DNA of 64,000 nucleotides from Candidatus Bathyarchaeia archaeon (lineage in GTDB: Archaea > Thermoproteota > Bathyarchaeia > Bathyarchaeales > Bathycorpusculaceae). The position numbers and the translations under genes were made by a program. The notes below the pieces were generated by a model. That model was not told where the DNA came from. It worked only from the letters and a program-made list of their open reading frames with translations, and did not search any database. The stretch covers positions 1-64,000 of the forward strand of contig JBEKTQ010000014.1 in NCBI GenBank assembly GCA_049515895.1, given 5' to 3'. Every line of letters begins with the position of its first letter. The stretch's first letter is position 1. Shown in pieces: positions 21,600-30,055 of this stretch.

Positions 21600-21825
21600 A
21601 GCGCGCGTTATAACCAGAAAGGAAAACGCAACGATCGGGCTCAACGTTATTGCCACTTCTTTAGTGTGTTTTAAGAATTCTGTGAGTTGAAGGGGGATCC
21701 CAGCACCATTTTACCAGCAAAAAATTGCTCTTGGACTGGGACCGATGAGATTTAAACCATAACGCATGGGAGATACCACCCCATTTTCTCTTTTTTTTAA
21801 ACATCCTGAAATACTGAAAAATTGC

Positions 21826-22590
21826 TTAACGATCGCTTGCAAACTGTTTAATCCAGTCTTTGAAGTACATTTTAACTCTGTCTATGTCATCGTCTGAGAG
21901 AGGATTGTGATGTGCAATTATATTTCTTGATAACTCAACTTCCTCTATCCTGTTCGTTAGCCATTCTATCGGTCTATCAACATCAGGCAGCTTATCCTGG
22001 AAGTCTTCATAATTTGAAGTAATGATTTTTTGTAGATCGTCTATGTCAACATAAAAGATAGGATGCTCTCCCCTAGTCCCATGCCATCGATTTCTTCCTT
22101 CTTTACTTTGCCTATCCTTAGCTTTCTGCTGAATTTTCACATTTACCTTTGAAACCCACCAATCTTTTCCGTACTTGCTCAGACTTTCGATTATGAAATA
22201 GCGTATTGAGTTTTCGAAGACATACAAATAAGGGTAAACTGAAGCCATTTTTTTCGCGTCTTTCAAAACTGAATCAGGCACGTTAGGGCAATTAATCTTT
22301 ACCTCATTATCTAGCCGAACAACCGGTCTTTTGGTAATTTCAATGGGTGCTCTACTCATTTGTACCAGGGGTTGCGTTGACCTCATTGCCTCTCTAACTT
22401 CAGCCAGTTCTTGACCCGTTAGATGTTTGGAAATATCTATACCATTTTCTGAAGCAAGTATGTAAGCCGCGGTCTCCGTCGAATAAGCATAACCTATTTG
22501 CTTTTTCTTTCTGTCTATCGTTGCATATAGCCCAGGGACCGACAATCCTATTTTTGCCTTAAGCAACTTGAGTACTTCCTGATTTATCAT
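21826..22590 (-). CDS. Swt1-like HEPN domain protein (putative RNase)
   Basis: YVFENSIRYFI..WW and the RxxxxH motif RNIIAH. Confidence 0.85.
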   Translation of the reverse strand: MINQEVLKLLKAKIGLSVPGLYATIDRKKKQIGYAYSTETAAYILASENGIDISKHLTGQELAEVREAMRSTQPLVQMSRAPIEITKRPVVRLDNEVKINCPNVPDSVLKDAKKMASVYPYLYVFENSIRYFIIESLSKYGKDWWVSKVNVKIQQKAKDRQSKEGRNRWHGTRGEHPIFYVDIDDLQKIITSNYEDFQDKLPDVDRPIEWLTNRIEEVELSRNIIAHHNPLSDDDIDRVKMYFKDWIKQFASDR

Positions 22591-22970
22591 TATTCAGCCT
22601 TTTTATCGGATAATTGTTGAACCTGATCATCGCTTTCGCCGCTTTCTGGTTTTGGGACTTCTATGCCAAATTCTTCCAAATCAAACGCTCTTTTGAATCT
22701 TTTACCGCCTTGAACCGACATGTTTTCACCTATTCCTAACTTGGCCCAAGTTTTCCAATGCCTAGTGACCGTCTCAGTACTAGCAATTTTGGTGATTTTA
22801 CAAAGTTCAACTGATCCCTTGCTTCCGTTGCTTAGCTGGTATAACAAACGCTCTTGTGCAGTTTCCAACGTGGATATCAGCACTTCTTTGACAGCCTTCA
22901 TTCCTGAGAACTTTGTCCATTTAAGAATCTCTCGCAATAACTCTGTTTGTATCTCGTCTTGAGGATTCAT
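22590..22970 (-). CDS. wHTH protein, paralog C
   Basis: LREILKWTKF..LYQLSNG..VTRHWKTWAKLGI..FKRAFDLEEFGI. Confidence 0.8.
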   Translation of the reverse strand: MNPQDEIQTELLREILKWTKFSGMKAVKEVLISTLETAQERLLYQLSNGSKGSVELCKITKIASTETVTRHWKTWAKLGIGENMSVQGGKRFKRAFDLEEFGIEVPKPESGESDDQVQQLSDKKAE

Positions 22971-23266
22971 GATTTTGGTACCTCTTCGGTCGATGATTGA
23001 GTCGGCGTTCCATCTTCTGCTTTTGTAGCTTTCTTTTCAAGTTTCTCTTTTTTCTTTGATATTAAGCTAAGTTGGACGCACACATTTTGGATGCTCTTGT
23101 TCAGAACTTTAGCGATTTCTGATGATGTGAACCCCATAGAGACAAGGAGCTCGATTTTTTCTTGTTCTGTCCCATAATCCTTGATTATGCTTGCTGCAAG
23201 TAGTTTGGTCATTCTATCAAGCTTATTTGAGATTTCTTTTAGCAAGTCATCCGTAGTTGTCATCAA
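22967..23266 (-). CDS. small LuxR/sigma-r4-like HTH protein
   Basis: LLVSMGFTSSEIAKVLNKSIQNV. Confidence 0.8.
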   Translation of the reverse strand: MMTTTDDLLKEISNKLDRMTKLLAASIIKDYGTEQEKIELLVSMGFTSSEIAKVLNKSIQNVCVQLSLISKKKEKLEKKATKAEDGTPTQSSTEEVPKS

Positions 23267-23658
23267 ACTTCATCTTTTTCTTCACTTGATTCGCTCTTTT
23301 CAGGTTGTTTTGAGGGAGCGCTTCCCGGTTTAGACTGGGGAACATTAAAGCCAAAATCCTCTAGTTCGAACGCTTTCTTGTATCTTATTCCGCCCTGAAC
23401 CGGGATTGGCTCCATGATGCCTAATCTGTACCATGCTTCCCAATACCTTCCCACTGTACTACTTCCTACATTTGCTGCTTTTCCGATTTCAATTGTTCCC
23501 TTTTTTCCATCGCTCAGGTGATAAATCAAACGCTTTTGTTCAGTCTCGAGAGCACTTGACATTACGGCTCTAACTTCTTTTACACCTGTAAATTTGAGCC
23601 ATCTTAGCATTTCTTTGAGAGTTTTCAGAATTTCCTCGTTGACTTTTTCGCTCATCAA
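23263..23658 (-). CDS. wHTH protein, paralog B
   Basis: LKEMLRWLKF..IYHLSDG..VGRYWEAWYRLGI..YKKAFELEDFGF. Confidence 0.8.
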   Translation of the reverse strand: MMSEKVNEEILKTLKEMLRWLKFTGVKEVRAVMSSALETEQKRLIYHLSDGKKGTIEIGKAANVGSSTVGRYWEAWYRLGIMEPIPVQGGIRYKKAFELEDFGFNVPQSKPGSAPSKQPEKSESSEEKDEV

Positions 23659-24044
23659 GTGCCCTCTTCATTTTCAGTCACCGCAGTTTCAGTAGGCATT
23701 ACAGCATTAGGGGGAATAGAGATGCCGACCTCTTCCAAAGAACAAAAATGTTGGTATCGACCTTGTCGCTTTTGCGACGGTTCAACAATGCCAAGCTTGC
23801 TCCATTTTTCCCAGTATCTAACTATGGTGGCAATGCTTCCGATACTAGCAAGCCTAGCTATTTCCCTTGTTGTCCGCTCTCCATCTGATAACTCATAAAC
23901 TAGCAATTCTCGGTCGTTTGTGAGGTTTTGGATCAAGAGGTCCCTGAGCTGTTGAAGACTGGCAAATCGCGTCCATTTCAAGAGTTGATCTAACTTGGCT
24001 TCGATATTTCTAAGCACACCAAGCTCTAGTTCGTCTGAGGACAT
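23655..24044 (-). CDS. wHTH protein, paralog A
   Basis: LDQLLKWTRF..VYELSDG..IVRYWEKWSKLGI..YQHFCSLEEVGI. Confidence 0.8.
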   Translation of the reverse strand: MSSDELELGVLRNIEAKLDQLLKWTRFASLQQLRDLLIQNLTNDRELLVYELSDGERTTREIARLASIGSIATIVRYWEKWSKLGIVEPSQKRQGRYQHFCSLEEVGISIPPNAVMPTETAVTENEEGT

Positions 24045-24173
24045 GGTTATCTATTTCTATTGGTTTTAACAATTATTTAAATGTTTGTTTAATTGATTAG
24101 ATGATGTCTTTATCGCCAATAAAAAGTGCTAATTTGTCAGCAATACAAAACAAATCTTTGTAGCGATTAAAAA

Positions 24174-25448
24174 TCAATCCGTTGAAATGAATTCATAGTT
24201 CTTCCACCAGTCTGTTATCTTTTGTACAAACTCTTGTCTTGTTTCATTACTTCTGACCCATTCTTTTGATTGGATTAACATTTTTTGATGTTTCAAAACA
24301 GCTTTTGCTTTTCGTATTCGGCTAGTTCCCTCATCATATTGACCCTCAACTTGTCCTGACGTAAGCCATCTTGCCTCTTCTAATTCCTTCTCCAAAAGGA
24401 ACAAGTTTCCTTTGTTGTCTCGACCGAATCTTGGATAAAGATGTATATGAAAAGGAAAATGCTCTGTCTCACATTCGCTAACCATGTATACTTTTGTGCA
24501 CTTTTTGCCAGTACTTTCTCCATTTGACGTTAGGTGAGCCTTCATCTGAAATGCAAGATTATGAGCAACAAGCATGATTTCCTGAAAATGAGTTGAATTA
24601 ATGAAAAGGCCTTCATCGCTAATGTCGTTTTCTCTGATGCTTTTCCATGAAACGATCATCACATGCCCAAAAGATGCTGGCCTGTCAGGCACTACTGCCC
24701 AGACAGAATTATCTCTACTTCTGTGTATTACCCGTCCAGCGAAGGCTTCTTTGAAGGGGGTCCAATCTTGCTCTATTTGAGCACTGCAATGATACCATCC
24801 CAGCGTGCGTTCGATTTCAGACCTGATTCTCGTTTTTATCTTTGCTGGAGCTCGTCTGATGTACATTTCAGCATTATGGATATCGCTTGCGTCGAGATTC
24901 CTTAAATAATCAATGGCTTCTTGGCTAGTAAAGGAACTTTTAAAACTTGGCTGCAGATTTGTCCAAACAACAGCATCCACATTCCTCATTCTTGCCCAAG
25001 ATCTAATGATTGGCACAGCACCCGCTTTATCAGCTCCAATATTTTTCCGACCTCGTGTCAGAATATAACTAATATTCTTTGAACTAGTGTTTTCTCTTTT
25101 AGCTAAATCGCATATTACCTCTTGGAGATTGTCACTCTCTAAAAGGGCCCAGAAAGTTTCAATTTTTTTCGCCCCAGGGAACAAAACCAGGGTCAATCGT
25201 CCTCCACTGGATTTTCGAGCAAATTCTAGAGGTAGTAGAGGGCCTTTTTCTTGCCACCCTCCCTTAATTTTCAAATCGCCCGGATTCCAAACCAATGAGC
25301 CCCATGCGAGCAACACAATCTGCAAAGTTAGCCCTTCTTTTATTACAGTAACTGTGTTCTTCAATAAAATACTTACCAAGCAAGTACGTTGTGATCCCGA
25401 TTTTGCCTTTAAGAGATAGCGCGTCGCGGCGCAAAATTCTTTAGTCAT
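24174..25448 (-). CDS. gamma-glutamylcyclotransferase-like + HIT-family fusion (true start probably TTG 25325)
   Basis: IVLLAWGSLVW (GGCT-like); GHVMIV and FHIHLYPR (HIT-like). Confidence 0.7.
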   Translation of the reverse strand: MTKEFCAATRYLLKAKSGSQRTCLVSILLKNTVTVIKEGLTLQIVLLAWGSLVWNPGDLKIKGGWQEKGPLLPLEFARKSSGGRLTLVLFPGAKKIETFWALLESDNLQEVICDLAKRENTSSKNISYILTRGRKNIGADKAGAVPIIRSWARMRNVDAVVWTNLQPSFKSSFTSQEAIDYLRNLDASDIHNAEMYIRRAPAKIKTRIRSEIERTLGWYHCSAQIEQDWTPFKEAFAGRVIHRSRDNSVWAVVPDRPASFGHVMIVSWKSIRENDISDEGLFINSTHFQEIMLVAHNLAFQMKAHLTSNGESTGKKCTKVYMVSECETEHFPFHIHLYPRFGRDNKGNLFLLEKELEEARWLTSGQVEGQYDEGTSRIRKAKAVLKHQKMLIQSKEWVRSNETRQEFVQKITDWWKNYEFISTD

Positions 25449-25511
25449 CTACAAGTTGTTAGAAAAAATGATCATTCAAAACCTTATAAGGCGAATCAAT
25501 AAAGTAAGCCT

Positions 25512-26267
25512 ATGTCACTAGAAAAAGCATATGATTCAATCAAAAGCTATATTCCCAAAAATAATATTGAATCGTTTGAGGTTTTAAAACAAATTCAAGA
25601 GTATTGGAACTATTGGAAACCAATCAATACTGTTAATGTTCTTCTTTTGGCTGAGTCTCATGTCTATACAAGTCAAGAAGATTTTGAAGCAAGTTATAGT
25701 AAGATTAAGTTAGAGTCTTTCATCAAGAATTATCCAATAAAGTTTGTTAGATTAGTCTATTGTTTTGCATACGGTGAGCCAGATCTGCTCAATGAAAGTC
25801 TAGAAGATAACTCAGGCACTACTCAGTTCTGGAAGATATTTTGTGCATGCACTTCTAAGACTGAAAATGACTTGGCTTTTAGAAGGATACTGAAAAGTGA
25901 TGTATCCTTTTTCCCAAGAATGAGAAACAAAGTTAACATTCTCAATGAGTTGAAAGCCAGAGGCATTTGGTTAATTGATTCCAGCCTAGTTGGTATTTAC
26001 AGAGGAGCCATAGATGAAAAATCAGATGTAATATGTGCTTCTTGGGACAATTATGTAAAGGATGTTGTGATTCAAGCCCACCCAAAGTATATCGCAGTGA
26101 TCGGAAAAGGTGTAGCAGATTCTCTTGGCAGAAGGTTATCTTCTATTTGTTCCACAATTAATGCTGATTACACTGTGCTACCGCAACCTCAAGCAGTCAG
26201 AGGACCGCATGAAGAACAAATGGAGTATTACAGGCAATACCAAAGAATATGCTCTAAATATGCTTAG
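25512..26267 (+). CDS. uracil-DNA glycosylase superfamily-like protein
   Basis: VLLLAES motif A-like; WLIDS; VIGKG; LPQPQ motif B-like. Confidence 0.55.
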   Translation: MSLEKAYDSIKSYIPKNNIESFEVLKQIQEYWNYWKPINTVNVLLLAESHVYTSQEDFEASYSKIKLESFIKNYPIKFVRLVYCFAYGEPDLLNESLEDNSGTTQFWKIFCACTSKTENDLAFRRILKSDVSFFPRMRNKVNILNELKARGIWLIDSSLVGIYRGAIDEKSDVICASWDNYVKDVVIQAHPKYIAVIGKGVADSLGRRLSSICSTINADYTVLPQPQAVRGPHEEQMEYYRQYQRICSKYA

Positions 26268-26281
26268 CCCGCGCTGTGACA

Positions 26282-27133
26282 CTATGGAAATGAAGCAATG
26301 GCAAGTGACTGGAATATTCCGTATAGACGCATGGAGTATCTCAAAGAATCAATAGCATCAGCTATTTGCATCCACATTGCAAAAAAATCGGAAAAAGTCA
26401 TAGCATCTGGGGACTCGTAAGTAATCTTCCCAACTTTGTCTCTGGAAACAAAATGGACGCTGTCAAGTATTGGGTCATATTGATTTTGGGAATGAGCGAT
26501 TGCATTCCGTATAGAGTTCTTTTCAGGCCAGTTTTCCAAGAAGATGGGTATTTCGAGATGGGATTTTTCAAAATTATGCCATATATCCCAAACACCGTCA
26601 GACGCAGTGGTTTCGGGTAAACTTATGCCCATTTTTGCCATTAGAAAATAGAGTATTTTCGCAGCTGATGAAAAAATTCCTTCGATTGCTTGTTCATAAA
26701 TTGTGCATGCATCCCTGAACATATTATTGCTTTCTTCAGAACTGCGGTCGTCTTTTTGTAAAAGTTCAGCGAGAGATTTGCTTAAGGAGTTTACGTATTC
26801 ATCTCGCTGGTTCATTTTCTTTAATAAATCAACTAAATATTCTGGCGGGGGCAACTGTTCTTTATCTACTGCCATTAAACCTGCGAAAACGATTACTTGA
26901 GTTTGAGAGTAACATTTTCGTCGATAGTCTTTTCCTGCAGGGTAAGCGTTTTCAAATTCCATTTTGAAGGTTTCGCCAATTTTGATAACAGCGTCCAAAA
27001 TACCTTTAATCGATGTGGTCTGTTTATTGTCAACCGACTTTGCTAATGAAACTATTTGAGAAGAGGTTTTTTCATATCCTTGTTGTTCAAAGAAATTTGC
27101 TTCGTCTAACACATTACAAATCTCATCTTTCAT
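26282..27133 (-). CDS. HEPN-like protein
   Basis: Helical; RNAIAH RxxxxH motif. Confidence 0.6.
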   Translation of the reverse strand: MKDEICNVLDEANFFEQQGYEKTSSQIVSLAKSVDNKQTTSIKGILDAVIKIGETFKMEFENAYPAGKDYRRKCYSQTQVIVFAGLMAVDKEQLPPPEYLVDLLKKMNQRDEYVNSLSKSLAELLQKDDRSSEESNNMFRDACTIYEQAIEGIFSSAAKILYFLMAKMGISLPETTASDGVWDIWHNFEKSHLEIPIFLENWPEKNSIRNAIAHSQNQYDPILDSVHFVSRDKVGKITYESPDAMTFSDFFAMWMQIADAIDSLRYSMRLYGIFQSLAIASFP

Positions 27134-27514
27134 GTTAAATCCCTAAATTTTTTGCTAGTTTCACGGCAGCATGTTTACTGACTATGTTCTGCTCCATTAT
27201 CCTTTCCTCGCGTTTATTCTTACTGCAGGAAGGTTCACCAAGCAAATTACCTTAGTATCTCCAAAGGGTTTTTTTGTTTCTGTATGGTGATAGTGCGCGC
27301 CTTAACAAAAAGGGTCAGAAAGTTTGGGAGGTTGCGCGCGCGCATGCAAACGACGCCTGTTCTTGTATCAGCTTGATTGGCTTATATTTTTTCGCACATT
27401 AACAGACCGCAGTCATGCACGCACCTTTTCTTTTCAGACGAATTAGACCCGAGGCGTGCACATACCCTAAATTTAATAACAAAAACCTACCTACACTACT
27501 TGAGTGAAGATTGG

Positions 27515-27787
27515 ATGGATGTCATCACTTTACTTCTTTACATGTTCTTTGGCTTTGTTCTACTGATGATAATCCTAGTTGGAATCGCTTTCCTGAGAGC
27601 GCTGTTTGGCATTCATTCAGCAAGCGGACCCCAATCTAACAGCAAGATAACCGAACACGTACCTGCCAGTGATGAAGAGGACCAAATCGCGAAAGACATA
27701 CAGGAAGATAGTGAAGGGGATGGGTTGATGCTATTCGACGATCCTATGTTTCCCCCAGAATCCGATGATGAGGATGACGATTCATGA
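27515..27787 (+). CDS. single-TM protein with acidic tail
   Basis: ATG 27515; hydrophobic N-terminus; D/E-rich C-terminus. Confidence 0.6.
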   Translation: MDVITLLLYMFFGFVLLMIILVGIAFLRALFGIHSASGPQSNSKITEHVPASDEEDQIAKDIQEDSEGDGLMLFDDPMFPPESDDEDDDS

Positions 27788-27885
27788 AAATGAAAATATC
27801 AAAATTACTCGAAGAAGAGCCTGATGACGATGAGGAAGATTGGCCACTTCCTGATGAACCTGATAATCCGGAAAATGAACCTTGA
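27784..27885 (+). CDS. 33-aa acidic peptide
   Basis: ATGA overlap with the upstream stop; MKMKISKLLEEEPDDDEEDWPLPDEPDNPENEP. Confidence 0.4.
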   Translation: MKMKISKLLEEEPDDDEEDWPLPDEPDNPENEP

Positions 27886-27898
27886 ATTGAAAAGGCTC

Positions 27899-29227
27899 CT
27901 AATCCATACTTTTCTTTAGCTCATAGAGCAGTTTTGGTATGTCTGCACCATCGTAGATTTCATCAAAAATATCTGGGTAGTCTTTTTCGACTCTTTCCTT
28001 AAATGAGGACGGAACTATAAGAATCAGGTAATACAGGTCTTTGTATGATTGCCGAAAGAAGCGTAGTTTATCTACAAATTCCGTCTCTTCAGGATAAATT
28101 TGTGAAGGAGTTACCCACATTGGAAATCGCTCTCGCCCGTATGAGACTATTCTCTTTTCAAGAGGTGTCCAAATGCCGTGTGGCTCCAAAAGAACTATGT
28201 GACCCTTTCTTCTAACGCGCGGAAGAACAAAGTCAGGCTTATAATGAGGCGCTGGGCTTTCTTTTGGTAGCGACAACGGGTATGGCTCGAAAAGAAATAT
28301 GAGTTTGAGCTTGTTGAGTTCTTCCCGCACGTTTTTCTCAAACGTTGATTCATTTCTTGCAACGACATCAAAAGTAATTATTGGCCGGTTAAGCTGGCCG
28401 TTAATTTTTTTCCAGAATTGAAGATGACTTTTTAATACAGAAAAGCTTAGTTTCTCATCCCTAATCCAGCGACCCAAGACATAAAAAGGGTAATCGATCA
28501 CGGCTGGGTCTTCGGGAAACAAATGATTGGCAAATTCGGTAACGTTTGCTCGTTCGGATTCGATTTCTTCGGGGTGACTCCAATCTGGAACAGGGTTCTT
28601 ACATAAACCCAAACAGTACGCTACATTTCTGACAAAAGAAGTCAGAGGAATTTTGAGTTTTTTTGCTGATATATTTTGAAAAACGCCTAGATCAGGGTAA
28701 GGACGAACCATCCATCTCAAGTACATCCAAGCGTGGTCAATATGAACCCCACCCATTTGCGGGATCTCGGTCGCTATTTCTTTGACCAAGCATTCAGGAT
28801 CAGAAAATCGCTGAGCAAATTTCACGAGGCTTCCATTGGCAGTTTTATCAACAAAGAGATTAATTGATTCGAGCACCTGCGGAATCCTGTATTTGCCAGG
28901 ACCTAGAGGATAGTACGTGTTGAATTCTTCAGCAATCTTCTGGATTCTATTCTTTTGCCCTGGTATAAACAAGCCGTTACCTAAGGCACTATGAGCTGAG
29001 ACCATAAACGCTCTAGCCTTCTCCGACGTGCCTACCAGTTCAGCGGTGTCTAAAGCAGATATCAGCAGGAAGTAATGGGCGGTTTTCTCTTTTTCAGTCG
29101 ATGAATAAGGGTCAAAAAGAAGCTTCGATGAACTAGTTTTATCCCAATGAAGCTCAGTAACTGCTGAGCTTTTTTCAACATATTCTTTCAGGAGCGGCTT
29201 TAATTGATCAATCTCGTTTTCTGTCAT
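27899..29227 (-). CDS. DUF2400/HhH-glycosylase-like domain fused to a PD-(D/E)xK nuclease
   Basis: WMYLRWMVR, IPL..VRNVA..LGL, FPEDPAVIDY; C-terminal YKPDFVL..LLEPHG. Confidence 0.7.
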   Translation of the reverse strand: MTENEIDQLKPLLKEYVEKSSAVTELHWDKTSSSKLLFDPYSSTEKEKTAHYFLLISALDTAELVGTSEKARAFMVSAHSALGNGLFIPGQKNRIQKIAEEFNTYYPLGPGKYRIPQVLESINLFVDKTANGSLVKFAQRFSDPECLVKEIATEIPQMGGVHIDHAWMYLRWMVRPYPDLGVFQNISAKKLKIPLTSFVRNVAYCLGLCKNPVPDWSHPEEIESERANVTEFANHLFPEDPAVIDYPFYVLGRWIRDEKLSFSVLKSHLQFWKKINGQLNRPIITFDVVARNESTFEKNVREELNKLKLIFLFEPYPLSLPKESPAPHYKPDFVLPRVRRKGHIVLLEPHGIWTPLEKRIVSYGRERFPMWVTPSQIYPEETEFVDKLRFFRQSYKDLYYLILIVPSSFKERVEKDYPDIFDEIYDGADIPKLLYELKKSMD

Positions 29228-29351
29228 CTTAAAGCTCGTTTAACACGTACGCTTTCATAATTTAAATAATTATGCGCGTCAACTGAGACCTGCGGAATTT
29301 GACAGAATTATGAAAGATTAATGTACTTCTATAAACACCGTCATTTTTCGA

Positions 29352-30032
29352 ATGCCGAAAATCAGAGCAGTATTGTTCGACCTTGATAATACTTTAAGCG
29401 ATTTTATGCTCATGAAGGAGCAAGCATGCCGAGCCGCCACGCAGGCAATGATAACTGCCGGATTGAAAATGAACGAAGATGAGGCTTACTCTCAACTTAT
29501 TGATACTTATTTCAGAGTTGGGATAGAGTCTAATGATGCTTTTACAAAGTTCCTGAAAAATGCTGGCCAGTTTGACTATAAGATATTAGCCGCAGCCATC
29601 AACTCTTATCTGGATGCAAAAGCCAAGTACTTGAAACCTTATCCCAACGTTAGACCCGTATTAAGAAAGCTTCAGAAAAAAGGCCTTTTTCTTTCAATAG
29701 TTACTGATGCCCCGAAAACTAAAGCCTACCAGCGATTGCTCTGCATGGAGATAGAATCATACTTCAAGTTCGTCGTTGGTTATGAAGATACAAACAACTC
29801 CAAGAGCACCGGTCTTCCCCTTTTGCTCGCTTTAGAAATGCTTAAGAAAGAAATAGCGGGTGTAGAGAATGGTGAAATACTTATGGTCGGAGACTCAATG
29901 GAAAGAGATATGATTCCCGCCATAAAGTTAGGGTTGCGAACTGCGCTTTGTAAATATGGTCAAAAAACAGTTGAAAAAGGAAATCCCGATTATATTCTTG
30001 AAGGTATCAAAGATATCCTTAAGATCTTATAG
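29352..30032 (+). CDS. HAD-superfamily hydrolase
   Basis: FDLDNTL, VTD, K, MVGDSMERD. Confidence 0.9.
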   Translation: MPKIRAVLFDLDNTLSDFMLMKEQACRAATQAMITAGLKMNEDEAYSQLIDTYFRVGIESNDAFTKFLKNAGQFDYKILAAAINSYLDAKAKYLKPYPNVRPVLRKLQKKGLFLSIVTDAPKTKAYQRLLCMEIESYFKFVVGYEDTNNSKSTGLPLLLALEMLKKEIAGVENGEILMVGDSMERDMIPAIKLGLRTALCKYGQKTVEKGNPDYILEGIKDILKIL

Positions 30033-30055
30033 GTTTATTTCCCTTCAGAAACGAA

